Positions 62,251 through 64,000 of a DNA stretch of 64,000 nt are shown here, piece after piece. This DNA comes from Lama guanicoe (taxonomy: Eukaryota). The notes beneath the pieces are model-generated. The model did not search any database, was not told where the DNA came from, and saw only the letters and a list, made by a program, of their open reading frames with translations. The DNA lies in the NCBI GenBank assembly GCA_013239625.1, contig MU054338.1:1552001-1616000 (forward strand), given 5' to 3'. The position numbers and the translations under genes were made by a program. Each line of letters opens with the position of its first letter. The first letter of the stretch is position 1.

Positions 62251-63227
62251 GAAGAAGGACTGAGCCTCCCCCAGCAGGAGCTGGGCAGAGTCTGAAGGGA
62301 AGGGTCAGGGAGGGCTCAGCCTAAGACTTTGTCTCCGCCGGAGAATGGACCCGACAGGAAGGTCCCTGCCTGGACGCCCCCACAAGCCCTCTGGGCCTCA
62401 GTGACCCTGGTGAGTGGGCTGACACCTAGGACTCCCTGCACCAGGGTCCCAAAAGAGGAGGGCGGAGATGAGGGCAGGTGCCTGGTTCCCGAGGTCCCAC
62501 CACCCTGCTAGCGTCTCTGCGGCCTTGGCCCCTCCGGCAGCCTCCTTCCCACCTGTGCAGCGAGAGGCAGGGGGAGGGCTCTGGGAGGTGTGGCCGCCAG
62601 GAGGGACCTCGGTGCCCCAGACTGCAGCCCCGGGCGCCAGGGCCCCGGGCTCCAATCCTAGAGCTCAGTTTGGAAGACAGACCTCCCGCCGACAAGCGTC
62701 TCAGGACCAGGAAATGGGATGCTCTGCGCCCTCCGTCCCTGCCTCGCGGGCGACCTCTCACTGGGCCTGACCCTGCTGTCCTGGTCGGTGTCCTGGGGCT
62801 CCAAAACCCCAGGCGGGACTGGGAGGGAGGCCTGTCACGTCCTGCCTCTGCTCCTCCCCACATTCAGAGGGGCGCCGGGGGAGCCCTCCCGACATCAGAC
62901 AGGCGGGTGAGCGGGTGAGTCAGCGTCCTCCGCCAGGGCCTGGGCTGGCTGGGCGCGCGGAGGAAAACCACTTCAACCGGGGCCTGCTCTGTCTTCAGCC
63001 CCCAGGAATGCTTTGAATGCTCAGAGTTCTGGAACATTCAGACGCCTCGTGGGAGGCCCCCTAACCCCACCGGGAGGTGCACCTGGCCGGGCTGGAGGCC
63101 CAAGGCCATCACAGGGATTCCCACCCCTTCCTTCCACCAAGAGCCATCCCTTCCTCAGGAATCCCCAGACCAACCGTGCCTGGGGGATGGGGGTGCTGGT
63201 GGAAGAGAGCCCTAGCAAACACTAAGG

Positions 63228-63628
63228 GCGATGGCTGATTTTAAGTGTACAATTGCGGAGGCCAGGGTACCTGGCTGTCTGGTCAAAAGCCAGCCTAGAC
63301 GTCTCTCTGAAGGTATTTTTAGATGAGATTCACATTTACGTCAATGGACTTTAAGGAAATCAGATGATCCTCCGTAGTGTGGGTGGGCCGCTTCTAATCA
63401 GTTGTAGGCCATCAGGGAAAAGACTGAGGTCTCTCAAAGTGGAAAGATTTCTGCCTGCAGACGGCCTTCAGACTTGAGCTGCATCAGCTCTTCCCTGGGT
63501 CTCCAGCCTGTGGTCCGCCGTGCACACTTCAGACCTGCCAGCCCCACGACTGTGTGAGCCAGTGCCTTAACATACATGTCACACCCTTCTCTCTCTGTAA
63601 TATAGTCATATGCCCCTGACTAATCCAG
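63228..63628 (+). mobile_element. MLT2 (ERVL) LTR
   Basis: GAAGGTATTTTTAGATGAGATT..GTGGGTGGGCC..TAATCAGTTG..CTCTTCCCTGGGTCTCCAGCCTG..CCCTGACTAAT. Confidence 0.8.
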
Positions 63629-64000
63629 TGGGGCTGGAGCAAGGCTAATGTGGAGCCATGAAACACCCGTGTCTTCTAGATGGAGACTTCCTGGCCCTCA
63701 CCTGGCCACCTGCAGGCTGGGGTCTGGGGCAGGAAACAGCTTCTCGGAGGAGGCTCACCATCCTTTGCAAAGCGGTCATGGGTTTGGTAAGAGTGATTTG
63801 GAAAAGTGTCAGACACTCATCTTGTGTAAGAGGCAGAGACCAGCTGCTTGGCCTACACGCTCTGAAAGCCCTGGATGTCGTCATGATGTCCACTTGTGGA
63901 CTTAAGATTCATTTATGTAAACACACATGGTCCCTCCACACATGGGAGCATCACTCAGCCGTGACCAGGAGAGCAGCCCTGACACCCGCTCCCACATGGA

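Overview
GC-rich mammalian genomic DNA, syntenic with the human chr19p13.3 block TIMM13-LMNB2-GADD45B-GNG7. The species is probably a camelid, judging by the Vic-1-like tRNA-derived SINEs. Three complete spliced genes can be rebuilt exon by exon with canonical GT-AG sites: TIMM13 (-, 3 coding exons, 95 aa), LMNB2 (-, 12 exons, 621 aa, CaaX CRVM) and GADD45B (+, 4 exons, 160 aa). The last coding exon and 3'UTR of GNG7 (-) are also present. The rest is introns and intergenic DNA containing an ERV env remnant with its 3' LTR, an RPS9 processed pseudogene, a decayed C2H2 zinc-finger relic, L1/L2/MIR/MLT/MER elements, several CpG islands and two assembly gaps. I found no new protein-coding system; nearly all ORF-track entries are GC-rich noise or antisense/exon-overlap shadows. 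The most interesting non-coding signals are: the ortholog of the lamin B2 replication origin; a CRE + triple-MEF2 + kB candidate enhancer downstream of GADD45B; a mirtron-like LMNB2 intron; the zinc-finger relic next to the RPS9 retrocopy; and old L1 3' fragments that look homogenised toward one shared GC-rich sequence. Repeat family names and comparisons to human or mouse come from recall, not from searches, and repeat boundaries are approximate.
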